In this document: positions 19,625 through 29,498 of the stretch, one piece after another
Position numbering within the stretch: position 1 is the stretch's first letter
Layout of the letters: each line of letters starts with the position of its first letter
DNA from: a virus
Taxonomy: Duplodnaviria; Caudoviricetes
IMG/VR virus record: IMGVR_UViG_3300037424_001585
Span: 3,952 to 67,951 of that record
Strand: one strand, 5' to 3'
DNA length: 64,000 nucleotides
Position numbers and translations under genes: made by a program
Notes under the pieces: generated by a model
Told to the model about the DNA's origin: nothing
What the model saw: only the letters and a program-made list of their open reading frames with translations
The model's database searches: none

Positions 19625-20809
19625 ATGGCAAACGGTGGATACGGGTACGGACGCGCGTACGGCGCGCAGGCGCTTGGACAAGGGCTGCTCAATATCGGGC
19701 GCATGCTGGCCGGACGCCGGGAGTCCGAGGAGCGCCGGAAACTCCTTGAGGCCGCGCAGACCCCGCCACGCGCGGACTTGCGCACCGCCCAACTTGCCGA
19801 GCCGGGCGCGATCGACCTCCCGGAGTACTTGCAGCAACCAGGAGCCGAGATCGCGCCAGGAAGTCTCCAACGTATCGGACGCGCGGAGGAGACCGAGGTC
19901 CCGATCACCTTCATCCCCCCGCCCCGGGAGCCGGTACGCACACCAGAGGGTGTGCCGTTGCGTGTGGGGGATCGCGAGGTCATGCTCCCGGAGGACCGTC
20001 CGGTCGTGACACCGCAAGGGGTTGTGCAGCGCCCTCGGGAAGCGCGACAGGCACGGATGGCGGAGACGATCGCGACACGGCAAGCGGAGACCCCTTCACG
20101 CCCTGAAGTGCTGGCGGGACGGGAACGAGAGGCGCTGACCACCGAGGAGAAGCAACAACAGTATGCCGATATCGTTGCTAAGCGGTTGGGGACAGCGCCT
20201 TCACGAGAAGAGATTGTGACCGGACGCGCTCGGGAAGCTCTCACCCCCGAAGAGCGCGCCCAGCGACTCGCGGATATTGGTGCGGAAGCGTCGGCGGAAC
20301 GGGAGCCCATCTCCGCTGTCGAGGCCCGCGCGCGCGCCCAAGCGCAAGGCGCAGGATTGCTCGATCAGCGCACGGGGGCGGAGAAGGGGAAGCCGACCTG
20401 GAATCAGGCGTTCTCCGCGTTGCAGGAATACTACTATGATGAGTATGGGGCGTTGAAGAACCCGAACGACCCCACCGCGCCGGCGTCCTTCGATGCCCTC
20501 GACCGCATGGCACGAGCGGTTGTAAGCGGGACGGTGCCTGCACAGAAGGAGGGAGAGATGGCGCGGTTAGGTCAGATCGTGCAGCAGTACACCGCTGGGA
20601 TGAATCGGGGGCCGGGGGCGGCGGCGCCTGGGGCTCCAGTGACCGTGGGAGCGGGACAGACTCCGCCTCCGACGACGGCTGCCTCGACCAAGACCGAGGT
20701 CTCCCAAGCACAGTTCGATACCATGATCGTGCTCAAGCAGGAGGAGGGACTCTCTGCGCAAGACGCCCGCGCGTTCGTGGCCCAGCAGTACCGGGTGAAG
20801 CAGCCGTAA
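19625..20809 (+). CDS. internal virion / ejection protein
   Basis: GGAGG RBS; AQALGQGLLNIGRML Gly-rich N-terminal helix typical of ejection proteins. Confidence 0.55.
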   Translation: MANGGYGYGRAYGAQALGQGLLNIGRMLAGRRESEERRKLLEAAQTPPRADLRTAQLAEPGAIDLPEYLQQPGAEIAPGSLQRIGRAEETEVPITFIPPPREPVRTPEGVPLRVGDREVMLPEDRPVVTPQGVVQRPREARQARMAETIATRQAETPSRPEVLAGREREALTTEEKQQQYADIVAKRLGTAPSREEIVTGRAREALTPEERAQRLADIGAEASAEREPISAVEARARAQAQGAGLLDQRTGAEKGKPTWNQAFSALQEYYYDEYGALKNPNDPTAPASFDALDRMARAVVSGTVPAQKEGEMARLGQIVQQYTAGMNRGPGAAAPGAPVTVGAGQTPPPTTAASTKTEVSQAQFDTMIVLKQEEGLSAQDARAFVAQQYRVKQP

Positions 20810-23800
20810 TGCCATTCCAGCAAGATGATCTCCTCGCGCGGGCGACTGCGCGATTGCAGGGCGGGGAGGATGACCTCCTCGCTCGGGCCAACAAGCGCCT
20901 GGCGCGCACTTTCAATCCTGAGAGCGGTGGCTACGACCTTGAAAGCGCACAGGCTGCTGGACTCACCCCTGACGAGACCGGGCATTGGCCGAGCCGGGTG
21001 CCTACTACCGGCTTGCTCCTCAAGGGGCGTCAACACCCGACATGGCCGAAGACCGTGGAGGGGGAACGCGCGCAGGGATACGAGATTCGCCAGGGACCGG
21101 ACAGGCGGTACTACTCGGAGCGGATTCCAGAGTTTCAAGCCGCAGAGGAGCAGCAAGCGATCGAGCGTGGGGAGCCGGTCACACTCCCGAGACCCACACG
21201 CGTGGGAGAGCTTGCGAGTGCGGCACTACGAGGCGCTGGTCGAACCATTGCGGGGATCGCGACCGCGCCCTTCATCGCCTACAAGGAGATCGCGACGGCC
21301 CCAGCGCGTGAACTCCCCGGAGTGACGGCGAGGCTGGCTGGCGGGCTCATCAAGGCTCCGATTCAGGCGGCTGCACGTTTCACCGCCCCAGGGCCGGAGG
21401 GCAAGCGGGTGCGGGGGATGCTCGCGGAGAAGTATGGTGTGACCCCTGCCGAGAGCCATCCACTTCAACCCGCGCAACCCCCAGTAACCGGGGTCGAGCG
21501 CGCGGAAGCGGGCGGGGAGCTTGCGGGCATGGTCGCACCGTTCCTCCTCCCGGTCCCTCGCGCGCCGAAGCCGAGCGGTCTACCTGCGGTCGGACGGATT
21601 CTCACTGACACCGAGGTGCGCGCGCGCCGGACACTACAGGGGATGGACGTGCCGACCTTCGAGCGGCGTGGGGTGCGTGAGCCTCCGAATCGGATTGTGA
21701 CCGGGCCAGAGGGGGAGCGGGTGATTCCGCGTGAGGCTCCTCGCGAAAGGAGCACTGTAACCGATCCCTTGCTTCAGCGCGCGAACGAACGCCTTGCCCA
21801 AGCGCATGTGACAACGGTAGGGGAAGAGGCGGCAATTCGTGATCTTCCCGGACGCGCCCAAGCCGCGATCGAGCCGCATCCTCGTCTCCTGGCCGAGACT
21901 CGCGCGCCGGGTGTGCTCACGGAACCCCTCGGGGGGAGGGAAGCTCCAGTCACCTTCCCTGTCGGTGGGGAGCGTGTCGCCTCACCGATCACGCCGGGGC
22001 CGAAACTCCTTGGGCCATCACAGACAGTGCAAGGGCCGCAATTCCAAATGGTCCGTGGAACCCTCGGTCAGCCCGGGGGTGCGCTTCCCATCGCGGTCCC
22101 TGGCACCAAAGCGCCATTAAACATCGAGCGTTCTCCTGTTGTTGGGGAGATGCAGGGTCTTGTCGCCGAACCCACTACAACCTTGACCCCGCGCCAGGAG
22201 TTGATGACGGTCCCGGAGCAGACTCAGACCGCGCTCCCGCGTGAACTCCCAGCACCTCCCCGTGATCGCGCCGAGGAACTCATCCGGCTCGCTCGGGAGC
22301 AGATCGACCAGGGAGAAGCGCTCACCGTTGGTGGGGAAGCTCCTCCCCCCGGCCGTCGTCCTCCGCCTGGAGTCGAGCCAGGTGAACTCCCCGAGCCTGC
22401 CGGAGAACGTGGAGCGGTGGATGTTGGGATGCTCAAGGAAGGCTTGAAACACTTCCTCAAGCGGAACTTCACGTCCAAGGGTGATCTCCCCGACCCGGTC
22501 TTCCTCGCGAAGATCGAGCGGGATGGGAAGATCAACTCGCTCATGCAGCAGGTCGCGTACACGAACAGTGATTTCCGCCGCGCGGCGAAGGAGGCGTATG
22601 GAACCTCACGCCTCTCGGATGCGGATTTCGCGGCGGTCAACGAGGTGTTGCATGGTCAAGCACCAGCAACCACGCTTCCCGAAGCCATACGTCCGGTCGT
22701 GCAGCGAATGCGTGAGGAACTCGATGCCTTGTCCGCGCGCTTCATCGACGAAGGGGTCGCGGAAGGTCCACTCGCTGAGACGATCGACGCGAACATGGGG
22801 GTCTATCTCACCCGCTCGTATCGGAAATACGATGATCCCGCGTGGGCGAAGAAGGTCTCAGTGCAAGTGCGGAACAAGGCGAAGGCCCTGCTGCGTCAGG
22901 AGTACCCGGATCGAACCGAGGCAGAGATCACCGGGCTCATCGAAGAACTGCTCTACACCGAGGACAGCCCCATCGCCCTGGTCGCGAAGGGCAAGCTCGG
23001 GAGCAAAGACCTCTCGATCCTGAAGCACAAGCAGGACATCCCGGTCGAGATTCGGGAGTTGTGGGGGGAGTACAAGGACCCGCGTGTCAACTACACCCGC
23101 TCGGTGGCGAAGATGGCGGGGTTGCTGGAGAACCATCGCTTCCTCGAAACCGTGCGCGCGGAGGGGCTGGGTAAGTTCTTCTTCGAGAAGCCAACTGAGG
23201 GGTATCACATCAAGTTCGCGGCGGAGGGGACCAAGGCCCTTGAGTCATTGAATGGTCTTCACACCTCCCCGGAGATTGCGCAGGCGTTCCGGGACGCGAT
23301 GGGCGAGCCGATCCACGGCGCGTGGTTCCGCGCGTACATGGCGGCGAATGGCGCGAGCAAGTTCGGGAAGACGGTAGGCTCGGTGATGACGCATGTTCGC
23401 AACGTGCTCGGGAACAGCGGGTTTGCGCTCGCGAACGGGCACTGGGACGTGTTCAAGGCGCCCAAAGCGGTGAAGGCGGTTGCGGCTTCCCTGCGCTGGA
23501 CGAAGGACGCGGAGTACCGTGCATACTACCGGGAGTTGCAGGAGCTTGGGGTCGTGCATGAGAGCGTGCAGGCGGGAGAATTGCGTGACGTGCTCCGTGA
23601 CGCCTCGAAGACTTCCCTGGAGGCGATGACCAAGAGCCGTCTTGAACGCGCGGGACGCGCAGGAGTCAAGTTCGCCGCCGAGGTCTACCACGCGGAGGAC
23701 GCGGCCTGGAAGGTGTACGCCTACGAGAACGAACTCGCGCGCTACCGCGCCGCCGAACCAAACACCCCACTTCCTTCGCTGAAAGCCAAGGTTGCGGGGA

Positions 23801-24933
23801 TCGTGCGGAATACCTACCCAACCTATTCCATGACTCCGCGCGCGGCGAAGCTCCTTCGACGCATCCCCTTTATCGGGCCGTTTGTCTCCTTCCCGGCCGA
23901 GGTGTTTCGGACAGGATGGCACACGTTAGCCCTCACCGGGGAGGAGCTTGCGAGCGCCAATCCCAAGGTCAGAGCGATTGGCGCGCGACGACTGGCCGGG
24001 CTCATCACCGCAACAGCCGCGATTCCCGCGACCACGTTCGCCTCACGGTACATTGCGGGCGTCGGCAAGGACAAGGACAAGGCGGTGCGCGAGTTTCTCC
24101 CGCCGTGGTCCGAGAACTCGAACCTGCTCTTCCTGAACAACAGCCCGGACGGGAATCCTCGGGTGATTGACCTCTCGTACACGGACCCGTATTCCTATCT
24201 TCGCACCCCGCTCATGGCCTTGGTGCGCGGGGAGGATTGGGAGACCAAACTCGCGGAGGCCACGGTGGAGTTGTTGAGTCCGTTCCTCTCCGAGGAGATT
24301 CTCGCGGGGAAGCTCCTTGATATCGCCCGCAACCAGACCAAGGATGGACGGCAACTCTGGAATCCCCAGGATAGCGCCGAGGAGAAAGGCTGGAAGATCG
24401 CGGAGCATGTGTACGACGCGATGGAGCCAGGCACGGTCTCCTCGCTCCGCCGGATCGCGAAGGGCATCACCGGAGAGCCCACCGTGGCGGGACAGGTGTA
24501 CGATCCCGTCACCGAGACCGCCGCGATGTTCACGGGGATGCGGGTGCTTGGTGTGGATGCGCGTCGCGCCCTCTTCTACAAGATGAGCCATCTCCAGCGG
24601 AACCTCGGGGATGCTCAGGCACTTACCCTCCGCGCCTTGAGCGAGGCGGAAATGACCGGGGATACGAGTAACGTGGGTGAGGCTCGCGCGCACACTGAAG
24701 CCCGGCGCCAACAGTTAATTCAAGAGGCAGGACAAGCAGCCCAAGCCGCGCAGACGCTCGGCGTGCCTCAACACGATATCCAACGTTTGTTACGGAGCGC
24801 GGGGCTGTCTGTGGACCTGACCGGCCAAGTCCTTGGGCTCCGGCCGTATCGTCCCTATCAACCCTCGGTCCAATTTCAGCGCGGCCTGCGCCGCCGAGAG
24901 CGTGCGGTAACCCCTACCCCGGAGCAACCATGA
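20809..24933 (+). CDS. large internal virion protein (DNA ejection, polyvalent-type)
   Basis: 1374 aa, last gene of the tail block; large helical C-terminal region with IDLSYTDPYSY-type segment. Confidence 0.65.
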   Translation: MPFQQDDLLARATARLQGGEDDLLARANKRLARTFNPESGGYDLESAQAAGLTPDETGHWPSRVPTTGLLLKGRQHPTWPKTVEGERAQGYEIRQGPDRRYYSERIPEFQAAEEQQAIERGEPVTLPRPTRVGELASAALRGAGRTIAGIATAPFIAYKEIATAPARELPGVTARLAGGLIKAPIQAAARFTAPGPEGKRVRGMLAEKYGVTPAESHPLQPAQPPVTGVERAEAGGELAGMVAPFLLPVPRAPKPSGLPAVGRILTDTEVRARRTLQGMDVPTFERRGVREPPNRIVTGPEGERVIPREAPRERSTVTDPLLQRANERLAQAHVTTVGEEAAIRDLPGRAQAAIEPHPRLLAETRAPGVLTEPLGGREAPVTFPVGGERVASPITPGPKLLGPSQTVQGPQFQMVRGTLGQPGGALPIAVPGTKAPLNIERSPVVGEMQGLVAEPTTTLTPRQELMTVPEQTQTALPRELPAPPRDRAEELIRLAREQIDQGEALTVGGEAPPPGRRPPPGVEPGELPEPAGERGAVDVGMLKEGLKHFLKRNFTSKGDLPDPVFLAKIERDGKINSLMQQVAYTNSDFRRAAKEAYGTSRLSDADFAAVNEVLHGQAPATTLPEAIRPVVQRMREELDALSARFIDEGVAEGPLAETIDANMGVYLTRSYRKYDDPAWAKKVSVQVRNKAKALLRQEYPDRTEAEITGLIEELLYTEDSPIALVAKGKLGSKDLSILKHKQDIPVEIRELWGEYKDPRVNYTRSVAKMAGLLENHRFLETVRAEGLGKFFFEKPTEGYHIKFAAEGTKALESLNGLHTSPEIAQAFRDAMGEPIHGAWFRAYMAANGASKFGKTVGSVMTHVRNVLGNSGFALANGHWDVFKAPKAVKAVAASLRWTKDAEYRAYYRELQELGVVHESVQAGELRDVLRDASKTSLEAMTKSRLERAGRAGVKFAAEVYHAEDAAWKVYAYENELARYRAAEPNTPLPSLKAKVAGIVRNTYPTYSMTPRAAKLLRRIPFIGPFVSFPAEVFRTGWHTLALTGEELASANPKVRAIGARRLAGLITATAAIPATTFASRYIAGVGKDKDKAVREFLPPWSENSNLLFLNNSPDGNPRVIDLSYTDPYSYLRTPLMALVRGEDWETKLAEATVELLSPFLSEEILAGKLLDIARNQTKDGRQLWNPQDSAEEKGWKIAEHVYDAMEPGTVSSLRRIAKGITGEPTVAGQVYDPVTETAAMFTGMRVLGVDARRALFYKMSHLQRNLGDAQALTLRALSEAEMTGDTSNVGEARAHTEARRQQLIQEAGQAAQAAQTLGVPQHDIQRLLRSAGLSVDLTGQVLGLRPYRPYQPSVQFQRGLRRRERAVTPTPEQP

Positions 24934-25256
24934 CCTTTCCTGATCGTGTATGGTGGTTTGGCGGGACACCCTGGTATGCCGAGAACCACCCGTTCACCCA
25001 CGCGGTAGGCGGGCTGGTGCTGTACGGCGCCGTGCGCGTCCTCTTGTGGGGCCTCGGGATCACGAGCTTCGCCTGGTGGGGGCCGGTGCTCTGTGTGACC
25101 TTCCTCTCGGCCTTTCGAGAAGAGGTCGGCAATGTCGAGCAGCCATGGCGTGCTCCCTATCACTGGGAGGGCGGGGATATCGGGGACATCGTGTTCGCGA
25201 CGCTGGGAGCGGTCCTGGGGGATGGGCTCTGGGCATTCGTGGCGGGTCTCCTGTGA
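24930..25256 (+). CDS. multi-pass membrane protein
   Basis: Three hydrophobic segments; H, EE and D residues at helix ends. Confidence 0.55.
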   Translation: MTFPDRVWWFGGTPWYAENHPFTHAVGGLVLYGAVRVLLWGLGITSFAWWGPVLCVTFLSAFREEVGNVEQPWRAPYHWEGGDIGDIVFATLGAVLGDGLWAFVAGLL

Positions 25257-25522
25257 ACGAGATCATGGGCGGGCTCGGGCTTCCGGCGAATCTGGCGGCG
25301 GGGGTGTGGTTGCTCTACGGCGGGGCCAAGTTGTGGCAGACGTTGAAGAACGGGAAGGGGGATGGGATCACCTTCTTACGGGAGGCGCTTCGGCAACTCG
25401 CCGACAGCACGCGAGAGACCCACGAACTGATACGGGAGACCAACAAGTTGGTGGCGGGACATGACCAGTGGGAACGGGCGCGTGCCGAACTCCAAGATCG
25501 ACACCGACAGGGAGAACGCTAA
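25253..25522 (+). CDS. holin/antiholin candidate (one TM plus coiled coil)
   Basis: GTGA overlap at 25253; LAAGVWLLYGG TM segment; lies in lysis cassette. Confidence 0.45.
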   Translation: MNEIMGGLGLPANLAAGVWLLYGGAKLWQTLKNGKGDGITFLREALRQLADSTRETHELIRETNKLVAGHDQWERARAELQDRHRQGER

Positions 25523-25815
25523 TGGACCTCACCAAGACCCAGAACGTCATGCGCCCGCTGGAGCAGATTCCCCAGCGCAAGCGGTGGGGTATCTACCTCC
25601 AAACTATCGCAGGCACCCTTGGGTTCCTCGGCGCGTTCTTACTCCCCCGACTGGGCTTCCCGTGGCAAGCATCCCTCGTCGTGGCGGGTTTCTGTGGTTG
25701 GGTGGCCTCGAAACAGTTATTGCTCACCTACGCCAAGGCCCTGCCAGCGTTCATCGCGGACGTGGTGAACGCACTCAAGGGTCAGCGGCCTCCTGAGCCT
25801 CCTGCAACACCATGA
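25522..25815 (+). CDS. holin candidate (two TM)
   Basis: TAATG overlap; two hydrophobic helices; directly upstream of the endolysin. Confidence 0.5.
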   Translation: MDLTKTQNVMRPLEQIPQRKRWGIYLQTIAGTLGFLGAFLLPRLGFPWQASLVVAGFCGWVASKQLLLTYAKALPAFIADVVNALKGQRPPEPPATP

Positions 25816-26324
25816 ATCAGGAACAGGCGGTTGCGGCCTATCTTTCCACTGCCCAAGAGTTCGTGGGGGTGAAGGAAGAAGGGACGAATGAAGGTCCGCT
25901 TCCCACCTTCTGTAACTGGTTGCACAGTGGAGGGGACTATCGCGAGTACCCCCTCGGGCTGAAGAAAGCCCCTTGGTGCGCGACCTTCGCGAACACCATG
26001 GGAAGGCTCGCGGTGGGGGTCTTGTGGCCTCTCCCACGCACCCCGGAGGTCTCAGGGGTGGACGGGATCGTCCGCTGGGGGATCGAGCAGAAGGTGATCG
26101 CGGGAGATGGTCCTCAACCCGGCGATCTCCTCTGTATCGCGAAGCAGACCGGCTTCGGACATGTCGCCATCGTGCGAGAGGTGCTCCCCCTTGGCGCGGT
26201 CAAGACCCTCGAAGGGAACAGCAACAACGATGGGTCGTTCAACGGGGATGGCGTGTGCAGCCTCACACGCCAGGTCAAGGTCGCAGATCGCCTGGTCCGC
26301 TGGGTGCTGCGGTTCCCCTCATGA
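25812..26324 (+). CDS. endolysin, CHAP-domain peptidoglycan hydrolase
   Basis: PWCATF (Cys), PQPGDL, GHVAIV (His), TLEGNSN motifs. Confidence 0.85.
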   Translation: MNQEQAVAAYLSTAQEFVGVKEEGTNEGPLPTFCNWLHSGGDYREYPLGLKKAPWCATFANTMGRLAVGVLWPLPRTPEVSGVDGIVRWGIEQKVIAGDGPQPGDLLCIAKQTGFGHVAIVREVLPLGAVKTLEGNSNNDGSFNGDGVCSLTRQVKVADRLVRWVLRFPS

Positions 26325-26563
26325 CCCTCGCGCCCCGCACGCGCACACTCATCACTTGGGTCTTCGTCTCCGGGATCATGTGGGCAGTTGGCTCCTGGGG
26401 GTTTTACCTCGCCACCCACGAACTCCGCCGTCAACCCACCGTGGTCCTTGTCCAAGGAAAAGGCCCGCTCACGCTCGTGTGCCGCCGGGACTCGACCGGG
26501 CGGGTGTATGCAGAGGTGTGGGAGGCGGTGTCACAACCCCTACGTGCTCGCGAGGTCCCATGA
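26321..26563 (+). CDS. small single-TM protein
   Basis: ATGA overlaps on both sides; one hydrophobic helix. Confidence 0.45.
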   Translation: MTLAPRTRTLITWVFVSGIMWAVGSWGFYLATHELRRQPTVVLVQGKGPLTLVCRRDSTGRVYAEVWEAVSQPLRAREVP

Positions 26564-27243
26564 TCTCCACGAAACAGGTCTTGCTCAGTCTCGTCGGCGC
26601 CACCCTCCTCGCTGGCTTGGTGTGGACGGCACAGCAACGCGGGGCGTGGGTCGAGCGCGTGCGGGATTTGAATGCCCAAGTCGATTCAACCAAGGCTGTT
26701 CTGGCTCTGCACGCCGCTGACTCTCTGCGTTGGCAGGCCACGCTTTCCGCGCTCCGTGTCCACGCACTTCAGCTAGCCCAGGACTCCCAGCGGTTCCAGG
26801 CGCAGTTGGTTCACGCCAGACGAGGGCGGGTGGAGGCGGAGTTAGCGCTGACCACACTTCGAGGGGCCGTGGTCGAGGCGGACCTAGCCCAGCCGGTGCG
26901 AGACCTCCTGGCCGGGGAGCGCCGCAGCACCGAAGCCGCGCAAGGAGAGGCTACAGCGTGCCAGGCGTTGCTTGACGTGGCGCAGGAGCAGCGATCGACC
27001 TGTGAGGCGGAGAAAGCTACCCTTCAGCAGGAGATCGTGTCTCTGGAGGGCATCCGAGCAAGACTGTCCTCAGAAAGGGACAGTGCACTAGCCCTTCTCA
27101 GACCCCCATCCGTGTTCTCTCCCACGCTTGCTGTTACCGCCGGTCCTGCTTGTGTCGCGACACTGTCTGGACCAGTCAGTTGCGGCTTGGGGGTCCAAGT
27201 CTCTATCCTACAACTTCGCATCCCGCTCTTTGGACGCCGATGA
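26560..27243 (+). CDS. spanin-like protein (N-terminal TM, coiled coil, C-terminal beta strands)
   Basis: ATGA overlap at 26560; architecture and position after the endolysin. Confidence 0.55.
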   Translation: MISTKQVLLSLVGATLLAGLVWTAQQRGAWVERVRDLNAQVDSTKAVLALHAADSLRWQATLSALRVHALQLAQDSQRFQAQLVHARRGRVEAELALTTLRGAVVEADLAQPVRDLLAGERRSTEAAQGEATACQALLDVAQEQRSTCEAEKATLQQEIVSLEGIRARLSSERDSALALLRPPSVFSPTLAVTAGPACVATLSGPVSCGLGVQVSILQLRIPLFGRR

Positions 27244-27608
27244 AACTGATGGTTATGCAATCGCGAACCGCTACTGCCTGCCACCGTATTGTGCGCGAGG
27301 CTCTCAAACAGGGAGCGCTTGTCCAAAAGCCGTGCAAGGTATGTGGCTCTGTTGAAAGTGTCGCTCACCACGATGACTACGCCAAGCCATTAAGGGTCAC
27401 CTGGCTCTGCGGAAAACACCACAGCGAATGGCACGTCGCGCATGGATTAGGGCGCAACCGTCTCCTCACACGACGAGAACGGCTTGAAGCTCTTGTTGAT
27501 GGTGTATTCCGTGACCTCGGATATCGACCGTTGTCTGGCCGCCCTCGACACCCAAAGCTCTCCCCGAGAGCACCAAGACGTTTCTTCACTGCGGCCTTGA
27601 GGCCCTGA
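27240..27608 (+). CDS. small HNH-type / Zn-binding nuclease
   Basis: CKVCG...AHHDDYAKPLRVTWLCGKHHSEWH motif; ATGA overlap. Confidence 0.65.
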   Translation: MKLMVMQSRTATACHRIVREALKQGALVQKPCKVCGSVESVAHHDDYAKPLRVTWLCGKHHSEWHVAHGLGRNRLLTRRERLEALVDGVFRDLGYRPLSGRPRHPKLSPRAPRRFFTAALRP

Positions 27609-27822
27609 TTGTTCGCGCCAGCTTCTCCCGTAAGGTCTCCCGCTTCGAGGGTGCTGAAGCGGGGAGTGTTGGTCCCGGCAGCGATGGACTCGTGTGATGC
27701 GGTCGCTTGGCACCACACGCGCAGCACTGATTCGGGACGTGCCCCAACCCCGCATACCCGTAGAAGCACGAGCAATGCGGACCCAGCGAGCAGGAGACTC
27801 GGCAATGTGGCACGCATGGAAG

Positions 27823-28398
27823 TTAGGGTTTCCCCCCTGCAATGGGGAGAGCCGTGGAGAGTATGGCTTTTAGAGCAGCCCTACAGATAGCGAGCGGGGC
27901 GGTCCCTGCCCACGAGGCGGTAAGGTTCCCGCGAAAAGCGAGACCGTATTCGTCCTCCGCCAGACCCTGAACATCAATGGTTTTCTTGCCGACCCACCGC
28001 ATCTCCCACCGCTCACCTCGCACCTTCTCCACCACCTCCCACGCGGCGGCGATGTCGGTGCTGTAGGGCTTCACTTCGCTGGCCTGAAAGATGCGCTTTT
28101 TGTGGGTCACACAGCGCCATGTTTTGCCGTCATCGTCGATGAAGACAGAGGACCCTTTCGTCGAGTCCGTAAGCCATGAGCTGTCATGCGGGCATCGACA
28201 GGTGTCGAATATATACTCATGTACCAGCGCATCCAGTTCCCGCCCCGCAGGCAGGGCGTCAATCTGTTCGGGAGTCATGGGCTCACCCGCCGCTGGGCCT
28301 CCCGCAGCGCCCGCGTCCACGCTTTCCGCATCCGCACCCACCGACATGGGGAGAGACGCATGCTCTTCCGCATCTTCGAGATATATCCACCAACTCAT
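27823..28398 (-). CDS. phage ABA-sandwich domain protein
   Basis: AGRELDALV...YSTDIAAAWEVVEK...TAPLAICRAALKA signature. Confidence 0.75.
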   Translation of the reverse strand: MSWWIYLEDAEEHASLPMSVGADAESVDAGAAGGPAAGEPMTPEQIDALPAGRELDALVHEYIFDTCRCPHDSSWLTDSTKGSSVFIDDDGKTWRCVTHKKRIFQASEVKPYSTDIAAAWEVVEKVRGERWEMRWVGKKTIDVQGLAEDEYGLAFRGNLTASWAGTAPLAICRAALKAILSTALPIAGGKP

Positions 28399-28592
28399 AA
28401 CTCCCCCATTCTCGGGACCTCAACCACCCGCCAGCCCAGCATCAGCCATCGCGCGACCAGGGCAGGACCAGGGATCGGCTCCCATCCACGAAGGTTTCCT
28501 CCAACGAATTTGGCGCGCTCGATGGCCAAGCCCGCCTGCTGCAACGCTCGCTCTATCTTCGCCCCTAACACCGCTTGTTCTTGTGCGTTCAT
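28395..28592 (-). CDS. hypothetical protein
   Basis: Coupled 65-aa ORF with GGAGGG RBS. Confidence 0.5.
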   Translation of the reverse strand: MNAQEQAVLGAKIERALQQAGLAIERAKFVGGNLRGWEPIPGPALVARWLMLGWRVVEVPRMGEL

Positions 28593-29479
28593 AGTCCCTC
28601 CACGAGACGCTCCACCGTCCCCGTTGACGCGATCATTCCCGCGTGCAGGTACCGTTTCAACCGCTCTCGCTCCCCCGGCGTGAGCTTCCGAGGATTACAG
28701 CGATGCAGCATCCGCCAGCGCGTAATCGCCTCCCCCAGGATGTTCTGCTTGCAGAAGGGGAGGAGGGTTTTCTCGTCCTGTTGCAGCACAATCGGCTGCG
28801 GCTTGATCCCGCAGTTGTTCTTGGTCGTGGACAAGCGCAAGTACTTCCCGTTCTCCTCCAGGTGCCACGCGGAAATGACCAAGTTGATCCATCCCTTCAT
28901 CCCCGAGAAGGCTTCACGCGGATCGAGGAGACCTTGTGCGCTCGCCTCCGTCACTTTCTTATCGTGGTGGACAATGACGTGCGCGCTCTCCGGGAAGAGG
29001 TGCTGCATCTGACCGTACACGATCCCCGGCACATGCTCCTCCTCCCGCAGGTGCTCGACCGCACGCAACACGTCCCAAATGACCAAGCACGGATTCGTGT
29101 CCCGCAACTGCCCCGTGAGTGCATCGTCGTCGTCCAAGCGCATCACATCAAAGAAGGGCGGGCAGTAGTGATAGAGCGGGAGCCCGCGCACCCACGGCCA
29201 CAGCTTGCACAAGCGGTCAATCCGGTCCCGATGGAGAATCTTGGGGAGGTCGGCTTGGATATAGAGCACGCTCCGACGCGGATGTGCTTGCCACGTCCCG
29301 AAGAGATGGCTCTCCTCCAACACCGCGAGTGCGAGCCCGAGCGCGGTCACACTCTTCCCCAAACCCTCGCGCCCATGAAACAAGAGCTTCGCCCCCACCG
29401 GCAGGAGGTTGTCCAACACCCACCGATACGCGATCCGCTCTTTGAGGAGTTCGTCGGTCGTATAGAGATCATCGGGCAT
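28589..29479 (-). CDS. RepA/AAA_25-type (RecA-fold, SF4-like) helicase, no primase domain
   Basis: WVLDNLLP..., Walker A GREGLGKS, VLYIQAD, Walker B LVIWD, VIVHHDKK. Confidence 0.8.
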   Translation of the reverse strand: MPDDLYTTDELLKERIAYRWVLDNLLPVGAKLLFHGREGLGKSVTALGLALAVLEESHLFGTWQAHPRRSVLYIQADLPKILHRDRIDRLCKLWPWVRGLPLYHYCPPFFDVMRLDDDDALTGQLRDTNPCLVIWDVLRAVEHLREEEHVPGIVYGQMQHLFPESAHVIVHHDKKVTEASAQGLLDPREAFSGMKGWINLVISAWHLEENGKYLRLSTTKNNCGIKPQPIVLQQDEKTLLPFCKQNILGEAITRWRMLHRCNPRKLTPGERERLKRYLHAGMIASTGTVERLVEGL

Positions 29480-29498
29480 GCCGGAAGCGCCTGGTGCG

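Noticed and set aside
27377-27817. Minus-strand ORF with a signal-like N-terminus as o-spanin
   Set aside because: Wrong strand relative to the lysis cassette, no good lipobox, and largely antisense to the HNH-like gene; the alternative frame 27586-27813 is equally plausible, so no call was made.
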